Shown piece after piece: positions 33,168 to 44,480 of a stretch of 64,000 nucleotides of DNA (positions are counted from its first letter, which is position 1; the number at the start of each line of letters is the position of its first letter). Origin of the DNA: Thecamonas trahens ATCC 50062 (taxonomy: Eukaryota; Protista; Apusomonadida); NCBI RefSeq assembly GCF_000142905.1, contig NW_013657646.1, positions 124,001 to 188,000 of the forward strand, given 5' to 3'. The notes under the pieces were generated by a model that made no database searches, was not told where the DNA came from, and saw only the letters and a list, made by a program, of their open reading frames with translations. Made by a program: the position numbers and the translations under genes.

Positions 33168-33947
33168 TTACTTTCTGCCCTTCTTGCCCCTCTTCCCGCC
33201 CTTGCCCTTCTTCTTTCCCTTGCCCGAGGCAGCGGCCTCGCTCTCGGCGACGGCAAGGTCCTCGGTGCCGGCGATGGTGAGCGAGTACTCTCCAGAGGTG
33301 CACTTGTCGAGGGCAGCAACAAGACCATCCAGGTCGCCCGGGAGAAGGCCGATGGAGACGACGCAGCCGTCGGCAGTGTAGTCTGTATGGCCGACCTGGG
33401 CGTGGCCGTGGAGGACGCCGAGCGCCGCGCCCATCTTGGCATGGGAAAGGGTGACGGTGGCCTCGAGCTCGGCCTTCTTGAGCGGAATGATGGGGCGAAG
33501 CTTCTTGATGACGCCGTTGACTTGGTCCTCGGCCGAGGTGTCCATGTCGAGCCGGACCTTGGCCTCGACGAGCGCGTTCTCGATGCGGACAAGCGGATGC
33601 GGCGACATCGACTTGGGGTCAACAAAGTGCTTGTGGATGAAAGCGACCACCGCCCGATGGACCTCATCCATCTTGGCCTTGCGGTCGGCAGCGTTGAGCA
33701 TGACCTCGCCCTCGTCCAGAATCAGCCGCGCCACATCCATCTCGGTCTCGAGGCCAAACGCATCCTGCAGCTCGGAGAGCGCCACCGTCTCGCCCTTGGA
33801 CGAGTTCCGGAAGACCTGCTCGACAGCGAGGCACGAGTCGAGCGCCACCGCTCCGTCACGATACCCATTGATGGTGTTCGGGTGGGTGAGCACTTCGTAC
33901 GTCGCCTTACCCTTCTTGATCCGCACTGCTTGGAAGTTGGCTGCCAT
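33168..33947 (-). CDS. SBDS: SBDS/Sdo1-family ribosome maturation protein
   Basis: VRIKKGKATYEV, VFRNSSKG, ILDEGEV, VDPKSMSPHPLVRIENAL and AEDQV..LRPIIPLK. Confidence 0.85.
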   Translation of the reverse strand: MAANFQAVRIKKGKATYEVLTHPNTINGYRDGAVALDSCLAVEQVFRNSSKGETVALSELQDAFGLETEMDVARLILDEGEVMLNAADRKAKMDEVHRAVVAFIHKHFVDPKSMSPHPLVRIENALVEAKVRLDMDTSAEDQVNGVIKKLRPIIPLKKAELEATVTLSHAKMGAALGVLHGHAQVGHTDYTADGCVVSIGLLPGDLDGLVAALDKCTSGEYSLTIAGTEDLAVAESEAAASGKGKKKGKGGKRGKKGRK

Positions 33948-34127
33948 ACTGGGTGTGAGTCGAGTATTGCCACCGGACGTGTCTGAGGCGACCGGCTGGC
34001 GTCGTGTGGCCACGAATGTCTCCTCAAAAGGCCATTCATCGTTTGGTGTCGCGTTGCAAGGCAACCGACTGACTGCCCTCGTGACTGGCGGCTGGCGGCT
34101 GGCACTTGACGACCTTTTTCAGGCGAC

Positions 34128-34694
34128 ATGTTCCACTTTGACGACCCGCACGACGACGATCCGCAGCCGATGGAGCTATCGGCGTTGGCCGCAGCCATGC
34201 CGCCACCAGTGGCCGGCCTGCCGCCGCCGCCGTCGTCGTCGCCGGCGGCTGTGAGCGCTGCGAGGGCTGGAGGGCGGAAGGCCGGGAGCGGGAACGAGTG
34301 CGGCGGTGATCGCGATCGCGATCGTGATCGCGATCGCGGTCGCGATCGCGCTGGCGATGCCAAAGACCACGCGGCTGTCGAGGCGGGGCAGACCAAGCTC
34401 GAGGACGGCGACTCGGATGCACCACCAGAGATGCGCGATGTGCTTGCGCACCAGGCATTTCTGGACCAGGCCCACGGTTTGTCGACGGCGATCGCGTCGT
34501 CGATGGCAAAGGCCACCCACCTCGTGTACGAGCTGGAGGCGCTCAACACCGACATGATGTTTGAGCTTTACGATCCGATCCGGGCACACTCGCTGGCGCG
34601 CTCCAGGGCGACCACACTGGCAGCCATTGCCGCCGTCGATGCTGGTGACGATCGCCGGGGCCGGAGCCTCGGTTCGCGCGCCCGCAGCGGATGA
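34128..34694 (+). CDS. Hypothetical protein (RD repeat, helical C-terminus)
   Basis: 188-aa ATG ORF with coding-like codon usage; no recognised domain. Confidence 0.5.
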   Translation: MFHFDDPHDDDPQPMELSALAAAMPPPVAGLPPPPSSSPAAVSAARAGGRKAGSGNECGGDRDRDRDRDRGRDRAGDAKDHAAVEAGQTKLEDGDSDAPPEMRDVLAHQAFLDQAHGLSTAIASSMAKATHLVYELEALNTDMMFELYDPIRAHSLARSRATTLAAIAAVDAGDDRRGRSLGSRARSG

Positions 34695-34889
34695 TGCGGT
34701 GACGCCGAGAACGATTTTCTTCTTTTCCTTCCGACGGCTTGTTCCCTGCCTGCGGCAGCACTCGGCTTGGCGCCACTTCGGCACGAGGGTCACCGGTGAC
34801 CAGCCCGCCCACCACCTCACCCGGCCACCACCTTTGCCACCCGTCGCAAGCACACCATAGAGACAGAGAGGATTGGTAGAGAGACGGCC

Positions 34890-37337
34890 ATGTCGCACGC
34901 CAAGTTCATGAAGCGAAAGGGTAGGTTGGGGGAGGAGGGAGGGAGGGACAGGAGGAGGGCGGGAGGAGGGCGACAACGACTCACGTCAGGATGTGTGATG
35001 GCGAATGCGATGGCACTCGAGAGTGCAGTCAAGGCTGGGCGGATGGAGCTGGACCCGCGCGAGATGACGCTGCTGGTGCACTACACGGTAGAGGCGACGG
35101 TGCTTGGTGAGGATGGCGAGGAGATCGAGTCGCGGACATCGGACAACATCAAGCGGATCAGGCTGACGTCGCTGACGGCCAACTCGAACATCAAGCAGCT
35201 TGCGTCGGAGATTGTGGAAAAGTGCAAGCTCATCCATCCGTCCAAGGTGGGTGAGGTGGAAGAGCTGCTGCTGCAGCTGCAGGAGCGGGCGGCCGACGCC
35301 ACGTCGTACTACGCGCGGCAGCAGGCGCTGACCAAGATGTCAGACCCGGCGCTGTCACCACCACGGGCACGGGCGTCGGCATCGAGTGGAGCGTCGATGC
35401 GCGAGCTCGAAGGCTACATTGAGCAGCTGTACGAGGCGCCCGAGGCGCAGGTGGCGGCGACAGCGTCGATCCTGCAGCTGGCACAGGATGAGGAGGGCAA
35501 CCTTGAGCGGCTGGTCAAGAACGAGACACTGCTGCTGGCGCTCTCGCGAGTGCTCAAGGAGGCTGCAGCCGGCTCACAGGGCTCGATGGAGCTGACGGCC
35601 AACGTAGTTCAGTTCTTCTTTGAGCTCTCCAAGTACTCGCAGTTCCACGATGTCATTGCCGACTATCAGGTCGGCCGTGCGGCGCTTCGAGTGATCGAGA
35701 CGGAGAGCAAGCGGCACGGGGCATGGCTCGCCAAGCTGCGGGCCAAGGAGGAGGCAGCCGGAGCGCCCGACGCGTCAGAGCGTGTGCGGGCCGGGCTCGA
35801 CAAGCAGCTTAAGATTGTGCGCGAGAAGGAGGCGCGGCAGGAGCGGCTGCTCTTTGTTTCACTCCACCTCTTGCTCAACATTGCCGAGTCGACCGAGGTC
35901 GAGAAAAAGCTCCGCAAGAAAGCGATCTGCAAGTTTCTTGTCGCCATGCTCGAACGGCGCAACCTCGAGCTGCTCATTCTTGTCTCGACTTTTCTCAAAA
36001 AGCTCTCGATCTACCAGGAGAACAAGGACGACATGAAGAAGCTAGGCGTTGTGGAGAAGCTGGCGCCGCTGATGGCGGCCAAGAACAACGCGCTGCTGGC
36101 GTCGATCCTCGACCTGCTCATCAACCTCTCGTTCGACAAGGAACATGCCCACGCCATGATCAAGTACGGGCTCATGGGCCGGCTGGCCGAGCTTGTGCGC
36201 GAGCCGGCGTTCTCGGACCGTGCGCTGCGGGTCCTCTACCACATGTCTGTTCACGACGAGGCCAAGGCCGCGTTTGGCTACGCCGTTGTCGGCCTCATCC
36301 GCACCATCATTGTGGAGGAAGAGGAGCGGTACTTGCCGCTCGAGGTCATGGCGCTGGGCGTGAACCTCACGCTCTGCCGTAAGACGGCGATGATGCTGTG
36401 CGAGGACGGCGGGCTTGAGCTTTACATTCGGCGGGTGCTGGCGACGGGCGACCCGGTGCTGATGAAGTTTGTGGCCAACCTGGCGACGCATGACGGCGAC
36501 TTTAAGATGATGTTCCTTGACTACATCGACGAGATTGTGCAGCTGGCCAAGGACTCGAGCGGCTCGCCCGAGTTCCAAGTCGAGGCGCTTGCACTCCTCG
36601 GGGCGCTGGCCATTCCCAACTTTAACTACGCGCGGCTTCTCGAGGAGTATGGCCTGCTCGAGTTTGCCGAGCCGCTGCTGGACGTCTCACGGGTCGACGA
36701 CGACATTGCACTGCAAGCTGTGGTCTTTATCGGCACCGTGGCGGTCGATCCAAACACCGCCGACGCCATTGCAGCGACCGGCATCATTCCCGAGCTCATG
36801 CACCTCATGTCGGCGCGGCAGGAGGACGATGCCTTTGTCCTCCACATCACGTACGCCTTTTACTTTTTCGCCCTCAACGAGGCGACCCGTCGGGTCTTTA
36901 TGGACCAGGCCCACTCGGTAGCGTACATGATCGACCTGCTTCAAGATCGCAACGTGCAGGTCCGCCGCTTGGCGGCAGCCGTTCTCGACATTGTCGTCGA
37001 GCACGACCCGAGCTCCGCCGCAGAGATCCAGCGGATGAAGTTCCAGGCCCACAACGCCGAGTGGCTCGATGCCATGGCCGGCGGCAGCGGAGCCGGTATT
37101 GCCACTGCCCATTACGTCGACGAGCCTGACGACCGCGGCCGGATGGGCGCGCTCCTCGACTCGTCTTCACTCCTCATGGACGAGGCCGGCGAGTACGGGC
37201 GCGAGTACAACCACGACGACGGCTACGGCTACGGCCGCGAAGGCTTTGATCCGCTAATGGACGAGATGTACGGCAACGACGAGTTCCCGTCCGACTCGTA
37301 CGACTACCGCGATGACGGAGGTGCCATTTATCTGTAA
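34890..37337 (+). CDS. KIFAP3: Kinesin-associated protein 3 (kinesin-2 accessory subunit); intron 34921..35028
   Basis: Spliced N-terminus MSHAKFMKRK|VKAG..LLVHYTVEATVLGE. Also EIVEKCKLIHPSK, LELLILVSTFLKKLSIY.ENK and KFQAHNAEWL. Intron GTAGGT..CTCAC..TGCAG. Confidence 0.93.
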   Translation: MSHAKFMKRKGRLGEEGGRDRRRAGGGRQRLTSGCVMANAMALESAVKAGRMELDPREMTLLVHYTVEATVLGEDGEEIESRTSDNIKRIRLTSLTANSNIKQLASEIVEKCKLIHPSKVGEVEELLLQLQERAADATSYYARQQALTKMSDPALSPPRARASASSGASMRELEGYIEQLYEAPEAQVAATASILQLAQDEEGNLERLVKNETLLLALSRVLKEAAAGSQGSMELTANVVQFFFELSKYSQFHDVIADYQVGRAALRVIETESKRHGAWLAKLRAKEEAAGAPDASERVRAGLDKQLKIVREKEARQERLLFVSLHLLLNIAESTEVEKKLRKKAICKFLVAMLERRNLELLILVSTFLKKLSIYQENKDDMKKLGVVEKLAPLMAAKNNALLASILDLLINLSFDKEHAHAMIKYGLMGRLAELVREPAFSDRALRVLYHMSVHDEAKAAFGYAVVGLIRTIIVEEEERYLPLEVMALGVNLTLCRKTAMMLCEDGGLELYIRRVLATGDPVLMKFVANLATHDGDFKMMFLDYIDEIVQLAKDSSGSPEFQVEALALLGALAIPNFNYARLLEEYGLLEFAEPLLDVSRVDDDIALQAVVFIGTVAVDPNTADAIAATGIIPELMHLMSARQEDDAFVLHITYAFYFFALNEATRRVFMDQAHSVAYMIDLLQDRNVQVRRLAAAVLDIVVEHDPSSAAEIQRMKFQAHNAEWLDAMAGGSGAGIATAHYVDEPDDRGRMGALLDSSSLLMDEAGEYGREYNHDDGYGYGREGFDPLMDEMYGNDEFPSDSYDYRDDGGAIYL

Positions 37338-37529
37338 CATGCTGGCGAGAAGAAAGAGCGGAGGAACGAGTGGAGATAGCCGTGGAACTCGGGCGGTCAG
37401 AGCGAGCAAACGCCACGTTGCAGTTGGTTGGAGCGGCTGGGTGGCGTCGCCGGGCCAGCGACCGAGTCGACCAACAGGGCGGGAAAGAAGGAGGGGTTGC
37501 TACTTGTCTGCAACACTCTGCAGGGCGAG

Positions 37530-39212
37530 ATGCAGAGCAGAGTTGTGTGCATGGTGTTGGGCTGGGCGGTGGTGCTGGCGGTGCTGGCGGCGTGTGGAGG
37601 GACGGTGGGCGCAGCGTCGGTGGAGGGCGGGGATGGCGGGGCCGGCGCGGGCGCTGGGGCCGGGGCTGGGGCTGGGGACGGAGATGGCAGCGTGGTGGCG
37701 GGAGGCGTGGGAACGTCGTCGCGGGAGGCGCAGTTTAAGCACGCATATGCGCTCATCCACTACGAGGGGACCAAGCTCGACGCCGAGTACCTGCTCGGGG
37801 CTCGTGTGCTGATCGCGTCGCTGCTGGAGGCCAAGCCCGAGGCCGATGTGGTTGTGCTGGTGTCTGAGAATGTGACACCCGAGACGGTGGCGGTGCTGGA
37901 GGCGACGGGTGCGCGGCTCAAGTTTGTGCCCAACATCCCCAATCCGTACAAGCACACCAACGCTGGCGAGGGCGAGGGCGCCGGGGTGGGCGATGGGACG
38001 GTGCCTGCGGCCGAGGCTGCGTCGTACAAGGCGCACTTTGAGCACTCGCTCAATAAGCTCCACTTGTGGAACATGGTCGAGTACGAGCGGGTCATCTACA
38101 TGGACGAGGACTCGATCTGCCTGCGCAACATGGACGAGCTGTTCCAGTGCGGTCACTTTTGCGCCGCGTTCCAGAACCCGGTCAACTTCCACACGGGCAT
38201 GCTTGTGGTCAAGCCGGACAAGGCTGTGTTTGACGACATGATTGCTTCGCTTGGCTCGGGTATGCTCTCCTATGATGGCGGCGACCAGGGCTTTTTTGTC
38301 TCCTACTTTGCCGAGCTCATCGCCGCCCCGCTCTTTGACCGCAACGCTGTGCCCGAGTCGGGCAAGTTCGAGGTGCCCATGATGCGACTGGACATTGTGT
38401 ACACCATGAACCACATCTACTTTTACGAGAAGATGTCTTTCAAGCTGTACCGGTCGTCCAAGTACCCCGAGCTCAAGACGGCGGCCGTGCCGGCGTTTTC
38501 CATGACGTATCCGATCGCGCAGCCGTTCAAGCCGTGGAACTGGGTCCCGTACTGGTACATGGACATCCACTGGGTGTGGCTTTCGTTCCGGGAGACGCTT
38601 GACGACAACACGCCGGTGGAGAACATGCTGCGGCTTGCCGCCGGCGTCCTCATTCCGTGGTTTGGCTATGACTATGCGGTGGCCAAGTACGGCGCGCGGG
38701 TGTTTGCTGGCTCGTCGCCGCTGCGGCTGCGGGCCAAGCTGAGTGCGGTGGCGAGCCGGATTGGGCTGCGTCCGTTGGTCTGGCTCTGCATGCTTGGCGT
38801 GGTGATAGTGATGAAGCTCGCGGACGGACTCATTCCGTCGACGACCTATCCGATGTGGGCGTGGACCATGTACGTGTGCTTCCACCTTGTTTGGTTCCGG
38901 CTGCAGGTGGACTCGCTGGCGCGGGCGGCGTCGGGCAACGCGGCGGCGTTCAACCCGCGCGGCCTGCTGCCCATTGCCGGCCTTGCCGTCCTGACGCTGT
39001 ATGTGAGCATGACGGTCCGATTCCCCGAGTTTCTCTCCAAGCTCGGCTTTACCATGGTCATGGTCATGGTCATCGGCGAGCGTCATGCCGCCGCGCTGCG
39101 GGCCCAGCTTGAGCACCTGCCTGGCGGGACTGCTGCGCGCGCCGCTGACGAGCGGGCTGCGTTCAAGCCTGCTGCGGAGGACGGCCTGCTCCCTGGCTAT
39201 CTCTCTGCCTAG
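37530..39212 (+). CDS. GT8 glycosyltransferase with C-terminal TMs (PGSIP7/8-GINT1-like)
   Basis: Signal peptide, NKLHLWNMVEYERVIYMDED (DxD), DELFQCGHFCAAF.NP..FHTG, DGGDQGF, KPWNW, then several TMs. Confidence 0.8.
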   Translation: MQSRVVCMVLGWAVVLAVLAACGGTVGAASVEGGDGGAGAGAGAGAGAGDGDGSVVAGGVGTSSREAQFKHAYALIHYEGTKLDAEYLLGARVLIASLLEAKPEADVVVLVSENVTPETVAVLEATGARLKFVPNIPNPYKHTNAGEGEGAGVGDGTVPAAEAASYKAHFEHSLNKLHLWNMVEYERVIYMDEDSICLRNMDELFQCGHFCAAFQNPVNFHTGMLVVKPDKAVFDDMIASLGSGMLSYDGGDQGFFVSYFAELIAAPLFDRNAVPESGKFEVPMMRLDIVYTMNHIYFYEKMSFKLYRSSKYPELKTAAVPAFSMTYPIAQPFKPWNWVPYWYMDIHWVWLSFRETLDDNTPVENMLRLAAGVLIPWFGYDYAVAKYGARVFAGSSPLRLRAKLSAVASRIGLRPLVWLCMLGVVIVMKLADGLIPSTTYPMWAWTMYVCFHLVWFRLQVDSLARAASGNAAAFNPRGLLPIAGLAVLTLYVSMTVRFPEFLSKLGFTMVMVMVIGERHAAALRAQLEHLPGGTAARAADERAAFKPAAEDGLLPGYLSA

Positions 39213-39244
39213 AGCTGTAGGATAATGAATTTACTGGCCAGAGA

Positions 39245-42200
39245 TCAGGAGCGAGCAGCGCGGGCGCGGCGACGCGCCATGTACTCGTCGTACAGATCGT
39301 CGACGAGGTCGAGGTCGGCGCCAGCAGCCTTGGCCTTGGCAATGTCGTCCTTGAGAGTGGCAATTGAGGCGTCGAGGTCGGCGTCAGAGATGTGGTTGAA
39401 GCGCGAAAAGTCCTCGGGCTCGGACGAGGACGACGGGGACGACGACGAAGAGGATGAGGAGTCGGAAAATCCCGAGCCCGAGTTCGAGTCCGACTCGGTG
39501 GTGTAGGAAAACGGGCGCGGATACTCAAAGTACTCGTTGTTGTCGGCAAACGAGATGGAGCGGTTGAGGGCTGATGGCGACGGCGGGTCTTCGGTCGTCG
39601 AGTCGAGCTGGATGAGCTCGGCGGCTTTGTGGGGAGGCACCTGTGTCTCGTGTGCAGGAGTGGCAGCTTTGGCAGCGACCTCGGCCTCGTCGTCGTCGGA
39701 CGGCCAGAGGCTGTCGAGCTCGGCAACTAGGGCGATGGCGTCGGCGGCGAGCTCGTCGGTGTTGGACAGTGGGCGAGGGGTGGCAAAGGCGGCGGCGCCG
39801 TCAGCTTGGTCAATCTCCTCGAGGTAGTTGGACGGGACAAGGCCGCGGGCGCCATTGGGCGTGCTCGCGTCCCACCAGTTGCCCTCTGTGACGTGGATGC
39901 GAAAGATGGTGCCTTTGGCAAAGTCGAGACGACGAGGGTTGGGATCAGAAAAGTCGTGAGAAGCGCTGGCGTACGTTGGCGAGTGGGCAACACCGTCGTC
40001 GACGGCAGTTCCGTTTTCGCTGGCCTCTGCAGCCGACGATGGCAAGTCGTTGTTGTCGCTGTTGGTGACGGGTTGGGTAGTCGCCACGGCGGCCTCAGCG
40101 ACGACGGGCTCGACGACAGCGGGATCAGCCGTGTCCACCGCGAACGTCGACGCCGAGTCGTCGTCGCTGGAGGTGGCGGATCCGGTCGCGACCACGGGCA
40201 CCACAGCCGGCTCGGCAGCTGCTGCCGCCTCGTCCTCAGAATCTGTTGACACCGAATCGTCGTCGCTCGAGGAGGCTGGTTCGACGGCGGCCGTAGGCAC
40301 TACAACAGCTGCAGCTGTCTCGTTCTCAGCAACTGCCGGCGCCGAATCGTTGTCGCTGGTAGATGCGACTACGACGGGCTCAACGACAGCGGGATCAGCC
40401 TCGTCCTCGGAATCTGTCGACGCCGAATCGCTGTCGCTGGAGGTGGCGGGCTCGATGGTTGCCGCAGGCACTACAACGGCTATAGCTGTCTCGTTCTCCG
40501 CAACTGCCGGCGCCGAGTCATCGTCGCTGGAGGTGGCAAGCTCGGCGGTTACTGCATGCACAGCGGCGTCCCCACGACGGGTTCAACGACAGCGGGGTCA
40601 GCCTCGTCCTCCGCAACTGCCGGCGCCGAGTCTTCAACGTCACTGGAGGTGGCGGGCTCCACGGCCACTGGCACAGCAGCGACCGCCACGACGGGCTCGA
40701 CAACCGCGACATCGGCCTCATCTTCCGCAACTGTTGACGCTGAATCATCGTCGCTGGAGGTGGCAAGCTCGGCGGTTACTGCATGAACAGCGGCGTCCGC
40801 CACGACGGGTTCAACGACAGCGGATTCAGCCTCGTCCTCCGCAACCGTCGATGCCGAGTCATCGTCGCTGGCAGATGCGACTACGACGGGTTCAACGACA
40901 GCGGGGTCATCCTCGTCCTCCGCAACTGTCGATGCCGAGTTATCGTCGCTGGAGGTGGCGGACTCCACGGCCACTGGCACAGCAGCGACCGCCACGACGG
41001 GCTCGACAACCGCGACATCGGCCTCATCTTCCGCAACTGTTGACGCTGAATCATCGTCGCTGGAGGTGGCAAGCTCGGCGGTTACTGCATGAACAGCGGC
41101 GTCCGCCACGACGGGTTCAACGACAGCGGATTCAGCCGTGTCCTCCGCAACCGTCGATGCCGAGACATTGTCGCTGGCAGATGCGACTACGACGGATTCA
41201 ACGACAGCGGGGTCAGCCTCGTCCTCCGTAACTGTCGTCGCCGAGTCATCGTCGCTGGCAGATGCGACTACGACGGGTTCAACGACAGCGGGGTCAGCCT
41301 CATCTTCCGCAACTGTCGACGCCGAATCGTCGTCAACAGCGGCGTCCGCCACGACGGGTTCAACGACAGCGGATTCAGCCTCGTCCTCCGCAACTGTCGA
41401 TGCCGAGTCATCATCGCTGGCAGATGCGACTACGACGGGTTCAACAACAGCGGGGTCAGCCTCGTCCTCCGCAACTGCCGGCGCCGAGGCTTCAACGTCG
41501 CTGGAGGGGGCTCCACGGCCACTGGCACAGCAGCGTCCGCAACGACGGGCTCGACAACCTCCGCAACTGTTGACGCTGAATCATCGTCGCTGGAGGTGGC
41601 AAGCTCGACGGTTGCTGCATGCACAGCGGCGTCCGCCGCGACGGGTTCGACAACAGCGGGGTCAGCCTCGTCTTCGGCAACCGTCGACACCGAGTCTTCG
41701 TCAGAGAACACCATCGCAGAAGATTCAACTCCAGCAGGAGCCTCGAGCTCCTCATCGGGTGCTGCCACGATCTCTTGGAACATCGCACCCGAGTCGTTGA
41801 GCGAGTGCGCCGCATCATCTTCTCCCCCGCTCTCCAGCAGGTCGGCGACTGCGTCGTCGACAACTGCAGACTCGGTGTCGCTTTCCGACCCGCGCACTTG
41901 CGCGTGGAAAAGCCTGGCGCCGTCAGCAGCGTCGATGATCTGCACAAAGTTGGACGGCAGGAGGCCGATGTCGCCGAGCACTGTCCGAGCCTCCCACCAG
42001 TTACCGCGCGCCTGAAGCACCTCCAGAATCTCGCCCGCCTCAAAGTCCAGACGCCGCGGGTTGTCATCCTCGAACCGATGCAGCGCTTGCACATATCGGG
42101 GCTCCTTGGGTTTGGGCTTGGGCTCGGGCTCAGCCTCAACCTTTGCCTCAGCTTCGGCCTTGGGCTCGGGCTCAGCCTCAACCTTTGCCTCAGCTTCGGC

Positions 42201-44480
42201 CTTGAGCTCGGGCTCGGTCTCGTGGGGCACTCTCATCTCCGCAACAGCAACATCCGGTGGCGGCGGTGCATCGCCACTTGCGTGCGCAGCCAGCTCGGGT
42301 GCTGACGCATCGAGCTGCTCCAAACTGGCTTGTGGAGGCGGCGGAGCTTGAAAGTTGGATAGATCAAAGGCGTCGATGTCAAGGACGTGAATGTCGTCCG
42401 CGTCTGACAGCGAAAACACTGGAGGGGCAGGCGCAGCCTCGAGGAGCTCGGCAGCCTCTTGAACAGTGTCCGGGCTGTTTGGAGTTGTCGGTCCAGGCGG
42501 GTCAGTCACCACCGGCGGCGCCGGGCACTCGAGCACAAAGTTCGACGGGATAAGGCCCTCGGCGCCGTCTTCGTTCATGGCGTGCCACCAGTTCGACGAC
42601 TGCTCCAGCACGTACAGCACCTCGCCGGCCTCAAAGTCGAGTCGATGAACAGACGGGTCGGCGTATCCGCACAGCGCCTGCACAAGCATAATGGCGTCGT
42701 CCTTGGTGTACCGTGATGTCCGCTTGGGCACCTTGGGCGCTGTAGGTGCCGTCTCGCTGGCCGCCCGCGACCGTGTGTGAATATCAGCCTCGACTTCAGC
42801 CGCAGCCTCAGCCTCAGCCCCGGTGGCATCTGCTGCGGTCGCTACCGCAGCAGGTGCAGCAGCCTCGACCTCGGATTCGATGTAGAACTCATCCTCCAGC
42901 TCGGTCGCATCGTCGCCAGAGGCTCCGGTCTCTGCCAGGGCGTCAACGCTAGCATCAGCAGCATCGACGGCGCTGCTCTCGACATCGGCGCTGTTGGCAG
43001 CAGAAGTCGGCGAGACTGCAGCCACGGCCTGGGTCACAGCAGCAGGCTGTGCGGAGAGAGGGGCAGAGAGTGCACATACGTAGTTGGACGGGACTAGACC
43101 CTCGGATCCGTGGGTGTTGCGGGCAATCCACCACTTACCACTGTCATCGAGTACATGCAGCGGCTCGCCTTCGACAAAGTCAAGGTGCATCGGGTTGAGA
43201 TCGGCAAAGTCAAAGAGTGCGCGGGTGTTGGGAGCAAATGGCTCGGGCTCGGCCGCGGGCAAAGGGGCGGGCTCGGGCTCGGCCACAGCATCGACAAACA
43301 AAGTCTCGGCCTCGCTTGCAGCGGCGATTTCACGCTCCTCAGACGTTGGCTCAAGCTCAGGCTCGAGACTCGACCATTCGTCGAGTGAAGTCGCCATCGC
43401 AAGCGCCGACAGTGACGGCAGCGGCGAGGCAGCGACCTCGGCAACCCGAGCCGGTGAGAGCGCAAAAGTAGATGCTTTCGAGTGGGTCGACGGCGACGCT
43501 GAGCCGCGGACAGGCGCAAGCTCAATACGCGCCGGAGGGCTGTAGTCTGCCAAGCCCAGCGGCTCCGGCGTCGCCTCTGCCGGAGCTGCAGAAGAGACGG
43601 GAGACGCCCATGTCGAGAGCGTGGGCGCATGGCCGACGCCAAGGCCCGAGAGCTCCATCTGCAGTGGAGCAACGTCAACTTGCGGGGGCGAAACCGTTGA
43701 TGCGCGAACCTCACGCTCGTACGAAGTCAACTCGCGCAAGCCGCCGTCACCAGCCAGTGTCGGCGGGGCGTCGCCGTTCCAGTCCATAAGCGGTACAGAG
43801 CTAGCGCGGGCGTCGTCGGTCATCAGACGGTGGCGCGGCGGGAAGATCGAGGAGGGCGCACCAGTACGGGCAAGTGCCGGTGCCGGGACATCAAGATCCG
43901 AGAGCGCCAACGCAACCGCAGCGCGCGGTGGAGGAGCCAGGGGCGGCGAGGCCAGCGGCCGCGACGGCGAGAGCAGGGGTGAATCATGCTCTGCAAAAGA
44001 GACCCGCGCACGGCGCAGCGAGTGGACCCGCGGCGACGAGCGGGGATACGGCGGGGAGCCGCGATGGTCCGGCGACAATCGCAGCGACGAGCGCTGCTGG
44101 TCGGGCTCCAACGGCAGCGAGCGTGGGCGGGGTGGCGGAGAGGAGCGGAGACGGAGAAGTGGGTCGGGCATGTGGCGGGAAGAAGGGCCGGAGGCATAGA
44201 CGGGCGCATGCTGCGGAGGCGGACGGAGTGGGTGCGGCAGTGGTGAGGCGCCCAAGCGAGGCGGGCTTGGCGGACGGGTGGCCCGGGCCGGGTCGGCGCC
44301 AACAACGTGCGCCGGCGCAGCAGCAGCAGGCTGCCAGCGGCCATGGCCCAGGACGGGGCGACGAGCAAAGAGGTTGGCACGGGAGGCTGCCGAGGCCTGC
44401 CGAGCCAGTGTAAGTGACTCGGCTGCAGCTGCCATGGTCGCAACCGGTGACGAGCTCCGGGACCGGGGCGGGTGGTACAT
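39245..44480 (-). CDS. Four-SH3-domain protein with acidic repeat tract; two frameshifts (~41507, ~40571)
   Basis: Four SH3 domains (ALxxF..LDF..G..WW..GLxPSNY/F) at ~43075-43230, 42535-42690, 41940-42100 and 39820-39975. ORFs 41430..44480, 40549..41352 and 39245..40561 join once the indels are fixed. Confidence 0.8.
40080..41700 (-). repeat. Coding tandem repeats (SDDDSASTVAEDEADPAVVEPVV variants)
   Basis: Many near-identical DNA blocks of variable unit length. Confidence 0.9.
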
